This document shows positions 17,734 through 26,901 of a stretch of DNA of 64,000 bases, piece by piece; within the stretch, counting starts at the first letter, position 1; each line of letters starts with the position of its first letter. The stretch covers positions 32,001 through 96,000 of the forward strand of contig CAVOVB010000008.1 in assembly GCA_963699755.1 (NCBI GenBank). Direction: 5' to 3'. The notes beneath the pieces are model-generated. The model had not been told where the DNA came from. It saw only the letters and a list, made by a program, of their open reading frames with translations, and did no database searches. A program made the position numbers and the translations under genes. This DNA comes from an uncultured delta proteobacterium. Lineage in GTDB: Bacteria; Myxococcota_A; Polyangia; Polyangiales; Houyiibacteriaceae.

Positions 17734-20700
17734 CGCTCCCCCAAATCGGAGAGGCCGCGTCGAGCCAGAAGCGGAGGAGGTCGAGGCCGCGTGAAGAGGT
17801 CTTCAGCACATCGAGGCTCACCCGTCCCCTCAGCAACACCGTGAGCGCAGCGGCGATCTCTCCCGATGCCAGTAGGCCGGCTCGGTCCGCGCTTTGCTGA
17901 AGGCTCCTGGCGTATTCGAGCAAGGATGTCGCACTGGGGTTCGCGCTCCCGACGGCTTCTTGCACTGCCCTGCGCGCAGCGCGCTTGAGCTTGACGTTCG
18001 CCGCAGGTAGCGGGGGATCGCCCGCCAGGACCTCGCAGCCTGAGACTAGGAGAACGGCCAGAACTGTCCCCGCGGCCTGTTCTAGGGAGCCATCGAGCAG
18101 CAGCGCGCCTCCTTTTGGCGCCGCCCAAGCGAGGCGACCGGCCAAGAAACGCCCGACCGCATCGAGGCTATCGTGCGTCCCTTCGGGCACGATCCAATGG
18201 ATTTCCCCTTCGCGCCCAGCCCGCGCGGCCAGCCTCTCGATCCGGTCTGAGATCTCGACGGAGCCGGCGCGTGCACCAAAGCGCTGAGATAGGCGATCAA
18301 GCTCCGCGGCGATTGGAGCGTTCTGCGCAACCTTCCTTGCGCGCAGGCGGTCTTTGGAGAGGGCAGGGCCGGCGCGACGCATGACCTCCTGCAGAACCGG
18401 GTCGGCCTCCGAATCCCAAAGCGCGTCGACGGCCACTTGGCTGAGGTCTCCGCTCTTCTCGTCGACACGCGGCGCAAGCCCGAGCGCCCGCTGCACGGCC
18501 GACGTCGCCTCGGCACGCGCATCGTGCCCCCGCCATCTCGCGGCAGCTTTCAACCCTTGGAGAAGTGAGGCGTCGAGCTCGCCCGCGTCGATCCTGGCCC
18601 AGATGGCGGTCTCGTAGCGCGCGACGGTGGCTTCCAACTCTGCGCCGTCGAGAAGCTCGACGAGTCCAGAGATCGCGACCGCGCTGGCCGGCGCCTCTTC
18701 GAGCGCGCGGGAATACGCGTCGAGTGCAGCTTCTGGGTGTCCTACCTCGCCTTCGAGCGCGCCGATTCGTGTCCAGATTTCGGCGTCGGCAAGCCCCAGC
18801 GCTTCGACCGCCCGCAGCTCTTGGAGGGCCTCGTCTTTGGCGTCGAGCTGGGATTCGAGAAAATCCGCAGCGCCAAGGTGGGCGACGCGTCGCTGCTCGT
18901 CGGGGATGCTCGCCCGAGATAGTCGCCGCAAGCAGTCGACTGCCTCGGCCCATTGTTCGAGTGAGACGTGCACTTCCGCCGCCAGTGCCAGGGCTCCCGC
19001 ATGGTTTCGATCTGTCGCAAAGAGCTCGCCGAGCACTTCGAGCGCGCCCGGCCGATCGCTGAGACCTCGAAGAAGGCGCGCGCGTTCGTAGAGCAATTCG
19101 GGTCGCTCCTTTGGGCCGCCGAGGGCCAAGCGCTCCGACACGAGCGCTTCGAGCGCTTCGGCATCTTCGTGCGCGACGAGCAGGTCCCGGAGACGGCGAA
19201 ACGCGACCTCCCGCGCCGGGTCTTCTTCGAGTGCGCGTCGAAAAAGGTCTTCTGCTTGTTGGTATTGCTGGAGGCGATCCATTCGCACGACGCCGGCCTC
19301 TTCCAAGAGGTCGCCGCTCAGCGAGCCATCGACGAAGGGAGCAAGACGCTCGCAGGCTTGCGCCACGAGGGGCCATTCCCCGGCCTGACGAGCCGCGCTC
19401 CGAAGCGTCTCCCACAAGGCCAGGTCGTCGGGCCTTTCGTCGACCGCGGCGATGAGAAGGGCAACCGCCTCCGCACCCCGATCGGCTTCGACCAGCGCGC
19501 GGCAATGTGCCGCGTCGAGCGCCGCCCGTCCGATGGAATCGCTGTGTTGCAGCTTCCGCTCGAGGGCATGGACGCGCATCGCAGCGTCGTCCGATGGGGC
19601 GAGCGCCTCGTCGATCGCCACCGCAGCGTCCGGATGGAGTGCAGACAGACCCTCGGCTTGCTGTGCGATGATGAAGAGCTCGTCAGCCATTTCGGTTCCG
19701 TGCGCAACTGCAGTTGCACGAAGTCCCTGAAGCAGCGTCGCAGCTTGCAAACCGTCGGTCGGCGCCAACGCAGACAAACGAAGCCATGCGTTGCCGGCGG
19801 AAGCGTCTTTCTCGCCGAGCGACACCCGTAGCGCACCGTAGGCGGCCGCGAACTCATTCGTGTCGTCGGCGGGGATCGCTCCGCCCCCCTCAAGATACTC
19901 CTCGGCGGCCAAACGTTGGTCGGCATCGCTGAGGCGCACGGGCAAGGAAAGCAGCGCGATGGCCGCTGCCGGGCCCGTGCACGGGTGCCCAAGCGCTCGC
20001 TCGTAAGCCCGGCTGGCTCCGATGCCATCGCAAGCGGCTAGGGCGTCTGCCTGAAGCAGGGCGCAGAGCTCAGGCACCCCTCCGCCGAGGTCGCTGTCGG
20101 AAAGCGATGCATAGGCATCCACTGTCGCCCGCGGATCAGCTTGACGTCGTGCGATATCGAGCATGGCAAGCGCGGCGGAAAGCGAGCTCGGTGCTTCCAC
20201 GAGGGCCTGCTCGTAGGCGTGGCGAGCCCCCGTCAGGTTCCCGCTGCGCTCGGCGGTGGCCCCCGCGAGCAAGAGCGAGAGCTCGCCGAGCGCAGCCCTC
20301 GAATCGCTTTGGGACTGCTCGCGGGCCAAAACGACGATGTCCTCGGGTCGACCTGCTTCGCGCAACACCGCATCGAGCAGAGAGACGACATAGCGGTCGT
20401 CGGGAGCGGCGTCCAAGGCCAGCCTGAGGACGCGTTCGGCTGCTTCCCAATTCCGGCTTCGCGCATACGCCTGGCCGGCCGCGCAGAGGTGCCCAAAGCG
20501 CCGGTCGCCTGAGGCGATCTCGGCGATCGCTTCGTGGGACTGGGCCAGCAAAGGCGCGTCGCCCGACCATGCCGCCTGCGCTCGGGCGAGTTGCGGAGCC
20601 CAGCCACGGTGGTCGGGGTCGATGAGGGCGTCCCGAAGGAGCTGCTGAGCTTCGTCGTCCGCGCGCAGGGCACGCCGCGTGAGCTCGTATTTGGAAAACG

Positions 20701-22147
20701 CGAGCGTCGCTCGCTCAGCGGGCTCGATGTCGGCGCGTATCAGCTCGTCACAGCGTTCCACAGCCGCATCGATGCGCTTGGCCAGTATCGCGGCGCCCAG
20801 CGCCTCGCGAACGATTGCGGTCTTCGAGCGCGTAGAGGTTCCGATGGCTGCGCTGTAGAGCGCTTGCGCCTCGTCCGCGGCTTTCGGGTCAGCGCTGCGT
20901 AGCTGCGCTGCCCGCCAATTGAGTCGAGCTTGTTCCTCCCCCTCGGCGCTTTGCGCGCGGGTGCGGAACGCTTCGGCGCGATCGGAGTGTGCCTCTTCGC
21001 GGATTCGAGCGACTTCGAGCGCCGCCCCAACAAAGTCAGAATCCGGGAATCGCGTTGCCAGAGCGAGGAGTGTTTGCCGAGCTTTTGGGTGGTCGTCGCT
21101 CGAGATGGCGAGCCTCAGCTCCTGCGCGACGAACGCTGTATCATCGGGGGCGACTGCTCGAAACCATTCCGACGCATCCTTGAGGGCCGCTTCGTCGCCA
21201 CGGTGCGCTGCGAGCCGGAGGGCCTCCAATCGAGTCAGCGGACGGTCAGGGAACAACCGTATCGCCGAGTCGAGGTGGCTGGCCGCCGCGTCCGCGTCTT
21301 CGAGACGCGTGGCGCTGCAGGTCGCAGCCTCCTCCCAAAGGTGCGCTGCCAGCGGAAGACGTTCGTCCTTGGGGACCGAAAGGCCGAGCGGGTCTTGTGC
21401 ATCGCTCCGTTCGACGGCCGCCTCGAGTAGGCATGCCATCGAAGTCACCGCATGCACGAATACTTCCCACCGCCCGTGCTCACGGGCTATGCGAGCTTGG
21501 AATGACCTGGCCTGCCAGACAAGCGCTTCGGACTCGCAAGCGCGTTCGAGCGCCGCAATGGCCTGGTCTGTGCGGCTCGAGCCGATCTCGAGCAGAGCGA
21601 GGTCCACCCAGAGTGCCGCCCTCAGATCGGAGTCCTGTGCGTGCTCTGCCTGGGTTTGCAGGGCAATCCGCACGCTGTCCTGATCTCCCTTCGCCTCGGC
21701 CAGCCATTCGAGGATGAGCGCGGGGACCGCTGGTTCGGGCGAGCGGGCGATCGCTTCTCGCAGAAGTGATGCCCAGTCCTCCGAATGCAGCGCCAGGTCC
21801 AGGAGGGCGGCCGCGCCCATCGCGGGGCTCGTGGCTCTCGCGACCTGCTCCGAACGAAGAGCCGCCGCGTCGCTGCCGTTCCCGGAGCGTTCCGCGATTC
21901 GGAGTCGAGCGATCAGGGCCGGATGGAAATCGGGGGCGACCTCGCAGGCTCGTGCGTACTGCGCCATCGCGTCGGATACCTGCTCGAGCTCGTGCTCGTG
22001 AAGCGCCCCCATCTGATAGAGGATCGCTGCTTGAAGTCGAGGTTCGGGTTCCGCGTCGAGCTCACAACGCAGGTTGGCGATGTGCAACTCCACCAAGTCG
22101 CGTCTGCGCGCGGCCTCCGCAAGACCCATGGCCGGCTTCTCGATCAT
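17726..22147 (-). CDS. Giant TPR/alpha-solenoid protein (about 1470 aa) with degenerate M48-like C-terminal domain
   Basis: TPR-like units (RALEEDPAREVAFRRL); C-terminal SADRAGLLASGEIAAAL; ATG 22147 with GGAGG SD; 8-bp overlap with the next gene. Confidence 0.8.
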   Translation of the reverse strand: MIEKPAMGLAEAARRRDLVELHIANLRCELDAEPEPRLQAAILYQMGALHEHELEQVSDAMAQYARACEVAPDFHPALIARLRIAERSGNGSDAAALRSEQVARATSPAMGAAALLDLALHSEDWASLLREAIARSPEPAVPALILEWLAEAKGDQDSVRIALQTQAEHAQDSDLRAALWVDLALLEIGSSRTDQAIAALERACESEALVWQARSFQARIAREHGRWEVFVHAVTSMACLLEAAVERSDAQDPLGLSVPKDERLPLAAHLWEEAATCSATRLEDADAAASHLDSAIRLFPDRPLTRLEALRLAAHRGDEAALKDASEWFRAVAPDDTAFVAQELRLAISSDDHPKARQTLLALATRFPDSDFVGAALEVARIREEAHSDRAEAFRTRAQSAEGEEQARLNWRAAQLRSADPKAADEAQALYSAAIGTSTRSKTAIVREALGAAILAKRIDAAVERCDELIRADIEPAERATLAFSKYELTRRALRADDEAQQLLRDALIDPDHRGWAPQLARAQAAWSGDAPLLAQSHEAIAEIASGDRRFGHLCAAGQAYARSRNWEAAERVLRLALDAAPDDRYVVSLLDAVLREAGRPEDIVVLAREQSQSDSRAALGELSLLLAGATAERSGNLTGARHAYEQALVEAPSSLSAALAMLDIARRQADPRATVDAYASLSDSDLGGGVPELCALLQADALAACDGIGASRAYERALGHPCTGPAAAIALLSLPVRLSDADQRLAAEEYLEGGGAIPADDTNEFAAAYGALRVSLGEKDASAGNAWLRLSALAPTDGLQAATLLQGLRATAVAHGTEMADELFIIAQQAEGLSALHPDAAVAIDEALAPSDDAAMRVHALERKLQHSDSIGRAALDAAHCRALVEADRGAEAVALLIAAVDERPDDLALWETLRSAARQAGEWPLVAQACERLAPFVDGSLSGDLLEEAGVVRMDRLQQYQQAEDLFRRALEEDPAREVAFRRLRDLLVAHEDAEALEALVSERLALGGPKERPELLYERARLLRGLSDRPGALEVLGELFATDRNHAGALALAAEVHVSLEQWAEAVDCLRRLSRASIPDEQRRVAHLGAADFLESQLDAKDEALQELRAVEALGLADAEIWTRIGALEGEVGHPEAALDAYSRALEEAPASAVAISGLVELLDGAELEATVARYETAIWARIDAGELDASLLQGLKAAARWRGHDARAEATSAVQRALGLAPRVDEKSGDLSQVAVDALWDSEADPVLQEVMRRAGPALSKDRLRARKVAQNAPIAAELDRLSQRFGARAGSVEISDRIERLAARAGREGEIHWIVPEGTHDSLDAVGRFLAGRLAWAAPKGGALLLDGSLEQAAGTVLAVLLVSGCEVLAGDPPLPAANVKLKRAARRAVQEAVGSANPSATSLLEYARSLQQSADRAGLLASGEIAAALTVLLRGRVSLDVLKTSSRGLDLLRFWLDAASPIWGSDG

Positions 22148-22160
22148 CCGCCTCCCACGA

Positions 22161-22922
22161 CTACGTAATGGTCCAACCGCCGTCGATGACCATAACATCT
22201 CCTGTGACGTAATCCGATTCGTCCGACGCCAAGAAGACTGCGCCCCCTGCAATGTCTCTCGGTTGACCGATCCGTCCTAGGGCTGTCTTGCTCACGATGC
22301 TGGAGCGGATCTCGTCGTTATCTACCAAGACTTGCGCAAACCTGGTTTCGATCAGGCCCGGTGCGATGGCATTGACGCGGATGCCCGAAGCGCCGAGCTC
22401 CATCGCCAAGGTCCTCGTCATCGAGATCACCGCAGATTTGGTCATCGCGTAGACGCCCTGCATCGGCGCGCCCATGAGCCCGACCACACTCGCGATGTTG
22501 ACGATGGACCCTCTTGCTTTGCGCTCCTGTAAGTGCCCCGCGACCAGTTGAATCATTCCGAAGTAACCCTTCACGTTGACCTCGAAAATCTTGTCCCAGG
22601 CCCTCTCGTCGGTGCTGAGCATCGGGCCGAAGTGCGGGTTCGTCGCGGCATTGTTCACGAGGATGTCGACCTTCCCATAGACTTTCAACGCCTGGTCGAG
22701 CATGTCTTCGCGCTGTTTCGACTGGCCGACGTGGCAGGCAATCGGCGTCGCGTCGCCGTCGCGGCTCCGTATCTCATCCGCCACAGTTTGCAGCCCATCG
22801 ATCTTTCGCGATACCAGAACGACCTTGGCCCCCTCTTCGGCCATGTAGCCTGCGATGGCGGCGCCGATTCCTCGGCTCGCTCCTGTGACGATCGCGACCT
22901 TGTCCCTTAGGCGCTCACCCAT
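22161..22922 (-). CDS. Short-chain dehydrogenase/reductase
   Basis: TGASRGIG, NNAA, YAMTK, NAIAPG. Confidence 0.92.
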   Translation of the reverse strand: MGERLRDKVAIVTGASRGIGAAIAGYMAEEGAKVVLVSRKIDGLQTVADEIRSRDGDATPIACHVGQSKQREDMLDQALKVYGKVDILVNNAATNPHFGPMLSTDERAWDKIFEVNVKGYFGMIQLVAGHLQERKARGSIVNIASVVGLMGAPMQGVYAMTKSAVISMTRTLAMELGASGIRVNAIAPGLIETRFAQVLVDNDEIRSSIVSKTALGRIGQPRDIAGGAVFLASDESDYVTGDVMVIDGGWTIT

Positions 22923-23054
22923 CCTATCCCCTCCTCTTCGTCCGTCACGTATAGCGCTCCGCGGGGTGGTTTTGCCAGCGCGATCTGCACGGGGCTTGCA
23001 CCCTCGCGCTCTTGAGCAAGACTGCGCCCTCCTCGTTTCGCCGAAGAGGTTCGT

Positions 23055-24038
23055 CTGACGCTGTTCTACCCCATCACCGCGATCATCGTGGGTTTCGTCG
23101 CCGTGGTCTGGGGAGCCGATCGTTTCGTGTATGGCGCAGCCGGCCTGGCCAGTAACTTGGGGATCAGTCGGCTCGTGATCGGACTGACGATCGTCGCCTT
23201 CGGCACCTCCGCGCCGGAGATGTTGGTCTCCGGCATGGCCGCCCTCTCTGGCAGCCGGGAAATCAGCATAGGAAACGCAGTTGGCTCCAATATTACGAAC
23301 GTGACCCTAGTCCTTGGCGCGGCGGCGCTAGCTGGCCCACTCAGCGTCCACTCCCGCTTGCTGATGCGAGAGATTCCCATCTTGTTCTTGACCATGGCAG
23401 TGGCCTGGGCATTTCTCTGGGATGGAGTGCTCAGTCGGCGGGAGGGCCTCCTCCTGCTTACGGGCATGTTCCTTTTCATGATCTGGATTGGCGTGGAGGG
23501 CCGACGCGCGCAGGGGGAAAGCGCCGAGCTCCCCCCAGGAGGCTTCGAAGACGACAGCATTCCGGACTCGCTGCCGACCGGCAAAGCCGTCGTGCTGTTT
23601 TCGATCGGCCTGCTCTGCCTTCTCATCGGCTCCCGGGTTCTGGTCTGGGGCGCCATCGAGCTCGCCATCGACCTCGGGGTCAGCGAGCTGATCGTCGGTC
23701 TCAGCTTAGTCGCTCTCGGGACGAGCCTTCCCGAGTTGGCGGCCTCGGTGGCCGCCGCGCGCCGCGGGGAACAAGACATCGCCGTTGGAAATGTGGTCGG
23801 GTCCAACATGTTGAACTTGCTCGGGGTGCTCGCGCTACCTGGAATCATCTCCCCCGGCGAAGTAGACCGTGTAGTCATCCTCCGAGATTTCCCGATCATG
23901 GTCGGCGTGACCCTGCTCTTGCTCATGATGGCCGTGAATGAGAAGAACTACATTGGCCGCAAACGAGGGATCGCGCTCATTCTGGTGTTCATTGGCTATT
24001 TCGTGATGCTCTTCTGGAACCCGTCGCTGCCCGGGTAA
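23055..24038 (+). CDS. Calcium/sodium antiporter (YrbG/CaCA family)
   Basis: GTSAPE...GNAVGSNITN and GTSLPE...GNVVGSNMLN alpha-repeats. Start uncertain: CTG 23055 or GTG 23088. Confidence 0.9.
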   Translation: MTLFYPITAIIVGFVAVVWGADRFVYGAAGLASNLGISRLVIGLTIVAFGTSAPEMLVSGMAALSGSREISIGNAVGSNITNVTLVLGAAALAGPLSVHSRLLMREIPILFLTMAVAWAFLWDGVLSRREGLLLLTGMFLFMIWIGVEGRRAQGESAELPPGGFEDDSIPDSLPTGKAVVLFSIGLLCLLIGSRVLVWGAIELAIDLGVSELIVGLSLVALGTSLPELAASVAAARRGEQDIAVGNVVGSNMLNLLGVLALPGIISPGEVDRVVILRDFPIMVGVTLLLLMMAVNEKNYIGRKRGIALILVFIGYFVMLFWNPSLPG

Positions 24039-24043
24039 TCCAT

Positions 24044-24643
24044 CTAGGTGAGCCGTCTCCAGATCAGCGTCATGTTGTTTGCTGGCATGGGGACGCGTTC
24101 GGTCAGCGCGAAACCGGTTCGTCCAGCGAGCTCCTTCAGCTCGTCGATGTCTCGGACACCCCAGCGCGGGTTGCGAGAGCGAAGACTTTCATCGAAGGCG
24201 GCGTTACTTGCTGAGCTGTGCGTGCCGTGGATCCGATAGGGACCGTAGGTAATCAGCGGGGCTGCGGCGGCTAGCACGGCGCTCGCGCCCTGAAACAAGG
24301 CTTCGGAGGCTTCCCATGGTGAAATGTGGATCATGTTGATGCATAGCACGGCGTCCGCTTTCGCGATCGGCCATCGCGCCGTGCGCACATCGAGCTCGAC
24401 CGGAGGACAGAAGTTTTCGCGGGCGGCTTCGTCGACCCGGGAGGCAATGCTTTCCAATGCTTGCGCTGAGGCATCGCTCGGTTGCCAGTGGAGTCGCGGG
24501 AGCTGCTCCGAAAAGAAGTCCACGTGCTGCCCCGTCCCGCTTGCCACCTCCAGCACCAGCCCCTCTGCCGGCAGCACGCGCCGGAGCACGTCCAAGATTG
24601 GTTGCCGATTGCGTTCAGCCGCCGGCGCAAAACCCTTTACCAT
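24044..24643 (-). CDS. DUF938 SAM-dependent methyltransferase
   Basis: APAAERNRQPI, VLEVASGTGQH, WQPSD, INMIHISPW, MPANN. Start 24643 or 24661. Confidence 0.88.
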   Translation of the reverse strand: MVKGFAPAAERNRQPILDVLRRVLPAEGLVLEVASGTGQHVDFFSEQLPRLHWQPSDASAQALESIASRVDEAARENFCPPVELDVRTARWPIAKADAVLCINMIHISPWEASEALFQGASAVLAAAAPLITYGPYRIHGTHSSASNAAFDESLRSRNPRWGVRDIDELKELAGRTGFALTERVPMPANNMTLIWRRLT

Positions 24644-24648
24644 CGCGA

Positions 24649-26901
24649 TTGCATAGCTCATATCTTCCCGTCATCGAAACGAAGCGAGAGGACCGGAGGG
24701 CAAGGTGGGGCTGGGGGCTCATCGTCGCCTTGTGCCTCGTCACGCCCTGGCTGACCCGCGGGATGCTTCTATACGAGAAGCGCCTTGCCTTCGCGCCGAT
24801 CGATTTGCGCGGTGCCTTGGCCGACGCGTCCGTCGGCCTCGTGCTGATTGGCTTGCTGGGGGGCCTCTTGGCATCGAAGAGCTTCTGGGGCCGTGCACTT
24901 GCTCTACTGGTCCTGGTGGCCTTCGTTTTCCTGAGCTTCGCGATCTACGAGTTCATCTCGGTGTTCGATTCCCTCTACGCGCTCAGTCACATTGGTTTCC
25001 TATTCGATTCCACCTTCGTTGGCGGCTCGGCTCAGCACGCGCAACATCCACAACTGGTCCTATCGTTGGGGATCTTGGCGGCCGGCGCGACGCTCTTCGC
25101 GCGCCCGCCCGCTTCCCCTTGGTGGGCCTGGTGGGGCCTGGCCCTCGGGGCATCCGTATTCGGCCAGGTAGCCATTCCCGTTTCGTACACGCACGAGGAA
25201 TGGCGCGAACGTCATGCGATAGAGGCCAATCTCGCGATCTTTCCTCATTCCGACCGCAGGGAGCTGGCAACGATTGACGCCGAGGTCCGAGACGTCTTTC
25301 GGGGTGATTTGCAGGGCGAGCGCTGGGTCGGACCCCTGTCCGACAGGCCCAATCTGCTTCTCATTCTGGTGGAAGCAGCGTCGGGCGCGTACCTGCCCTC
25401 GCTCGCAGCGACCGAAGGTGTTCGGAGCAGAACGAGCATGCCCAAGCTGGACGAGCTCGCTCGGCACCACATCCTCTTCACACGCGTGGTTTCCCACCAG
25501 CGTCAGACCAATCGCGGGGAGTACGGAATCCTGTGCGGGGACTATCCGAAGCTGCTCACCGATCAGTCCAAGATGACCGAGCAGGTCTACGGCCCGGCGC
25601 ACCGATGCCTCCCGGAGGTCCTGCGCGAGCAGGGATACGCGACCGCATACATTCAGTCTGCCCCACTGGGTTTCATGCTCAAGGACCAGTTCATGAAGAA
25701 GGCCGGCTTCGAGGAGCTCATCGGCGACTCCTGGTTCACGCAGAGTTATGCGCGCACCGACTGGGGGGTCGATGACAAGGCCTTCTTCGAGCAGTCGCTC
25801 CGGCGAGTGATCGAGCTTCACGAAGCGGAACGGCCGTTCTTCGCGACACTCTTGACCGTCGGCACACACCATCCATACACGATTCCGGAAACTGCTGCAG
25901 CCGATGGCGCGCGGACCCGCCAGGAGCGCGCCTTCCGCTGGGCTGACGATGCGCTTTCGGCGTTTGTGGACGAGCTCGAACGGCGCGGGGTGCTGGATGA
26001 CACGGTCGTGATCATCACTTCCGACGAATCGGCAGGGTTGGCGCATGCTGCAAGCGCCACCCAGCGACTGTTGTCGCAGAGTTGGTCGTTCGTCGTGGTC
26101 ATGCTTCCCGAACCGCAGGCGAAGCGCGTGGACAGGCTCTACGCACACGTCGACACCGCCCTTTCGGTGACCGATCTCCTCGGCTTGGAGCAAGAGGACG
26201 AGGGTTTCGTCGGCCGGAGCTGGTTTCGCGACTACCGCACGACGCGTCCGGTTTTCGCCGCGAACACCTATGCCCGAAACGTGATCATGTTCGAACCCTC
26301 CGGTAGCGCTCTCATCTGTGACGAATCGTTCCGGCGTTGTTCGCGCTCCGTCCCGGCGGACGGCCTGCCATTTGAGCCCAAGCGCGTGAGCGAGCCAGCG
26401 ACTCCCCGCGATTGGCAACTCCTCACCGAGGTGGCGCGGCTGACACGCTCGGGACGCGAGGACATGACGCAAGCCGGGTCGCTTCAATTGCTGGCCGAAG
26501 AGCAGGTGTCGGTGCCCGCAGCAGATGGAAAGAAGCTGCTGATCGGAGGCCAGTATCTCAGGGTGCCTCGCAGCACGATCCTGCGGGTGGACCTCGACAT
26601 CGAAGTCCTTGGCGAGCAGTCGGTGATCGAGCTGCATCAGGACGTATTCCTGGACGGCTACGTGAAGTTCGAGCGAAAGGACTTCACAGTCAGAGGCGGC
26701 GAGCGCTGGCGCTTGAGCTATCAGATCGGCGTTCCACGCGACGCCAGCCAGCTCGTGGTTCAGCTCTACGCGACGACGGTTTCGGGTGACGTAGCGACGC
26801 TCCGTTTCCGCGACGCCCGGCTCTCGATGAGGGCTGGCCCCGTGCATTCCGACGATGCGGTCCTCATTCGCGACGAGTTGTCCCGGGCCGATCGTCGCTG
26901 A
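24649..26901 (+). CDS. LtaS/sulfatase-fold membrane enzyme (alkaline phosphatase superfamily)
   Basis: About 5 N-terminal TMs; NLLLILVEA, QTNRG, TVGTHHPY, IITSDE. Start uncertain (TTG 24649 chosen). Confidence 0.78.
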   Translation: MHSSYLPVIETKREDRRARWGWGLIVALCLVTPWLTRGMLLYEKRLAFAPIDLRGALADASVGLVLIGLLGGLLASKSFWGRALALLVLVAFVFLSFAIYEFISVFDSLYALSHIGFLFDSTFVGGSAQHAQHPQLVLSLGILAAGATLFARPPASPWWAWWGLALGASVFGQVAIPVSYTHEEWRERHAIEANLAIFPHSDRRELATIDAEVRDVFRGDLQGERWVGPLSDRPNLLLILVEAASGAYLPSLAATEGVRSRTSMPKLDELARHHILFTRVVSHQRQTNRGEYGILCGDYPKLLTDQSKMTEQVYGPAHRCLPEVLREQGYATAYIQSAPLGFMLKDQFMKKAGFEELIGDSWFTQSYARTDWGVDDKAFFEQSLRRVIELHEAERPFFATLLTVGTHHPYTIPETAAADGARTRQERAFRWADDALSAFVDELERRGVLDDTVVIITSDESAGLAHAASATQRLLSQSWSFVVVMLPEPQAKRVDRLYAHVDTALSVTDLLGLEQEDEGFVGRSWFRDYRTTRPVFAANTYARNVIMFEPSGSALICDESFRRCSRSVPADGLPFEPKRVSEPATPRDWQLLTEVARLTRSGREDMTQAGSLQLLAEEQVSVPAADGKKLLIGGQYLRVPRSTILRVDLDIEVLGEQSVIELHQDVFLDGYVKFERKDFTVRGGERWRLSYQIGVPRDASQLVVQLYATTVSGDVATLRFRDARLSMRAGPVHSDDAVLIRDELSRADRR

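Noticed and set aside
14326..19505. Long alternative-frame ORFs (462, 553, 402 aa) within the TPR genes
   Set aside because: Shadow frames without recognisable domains, mostly Arg/Pro/Ser-rich.
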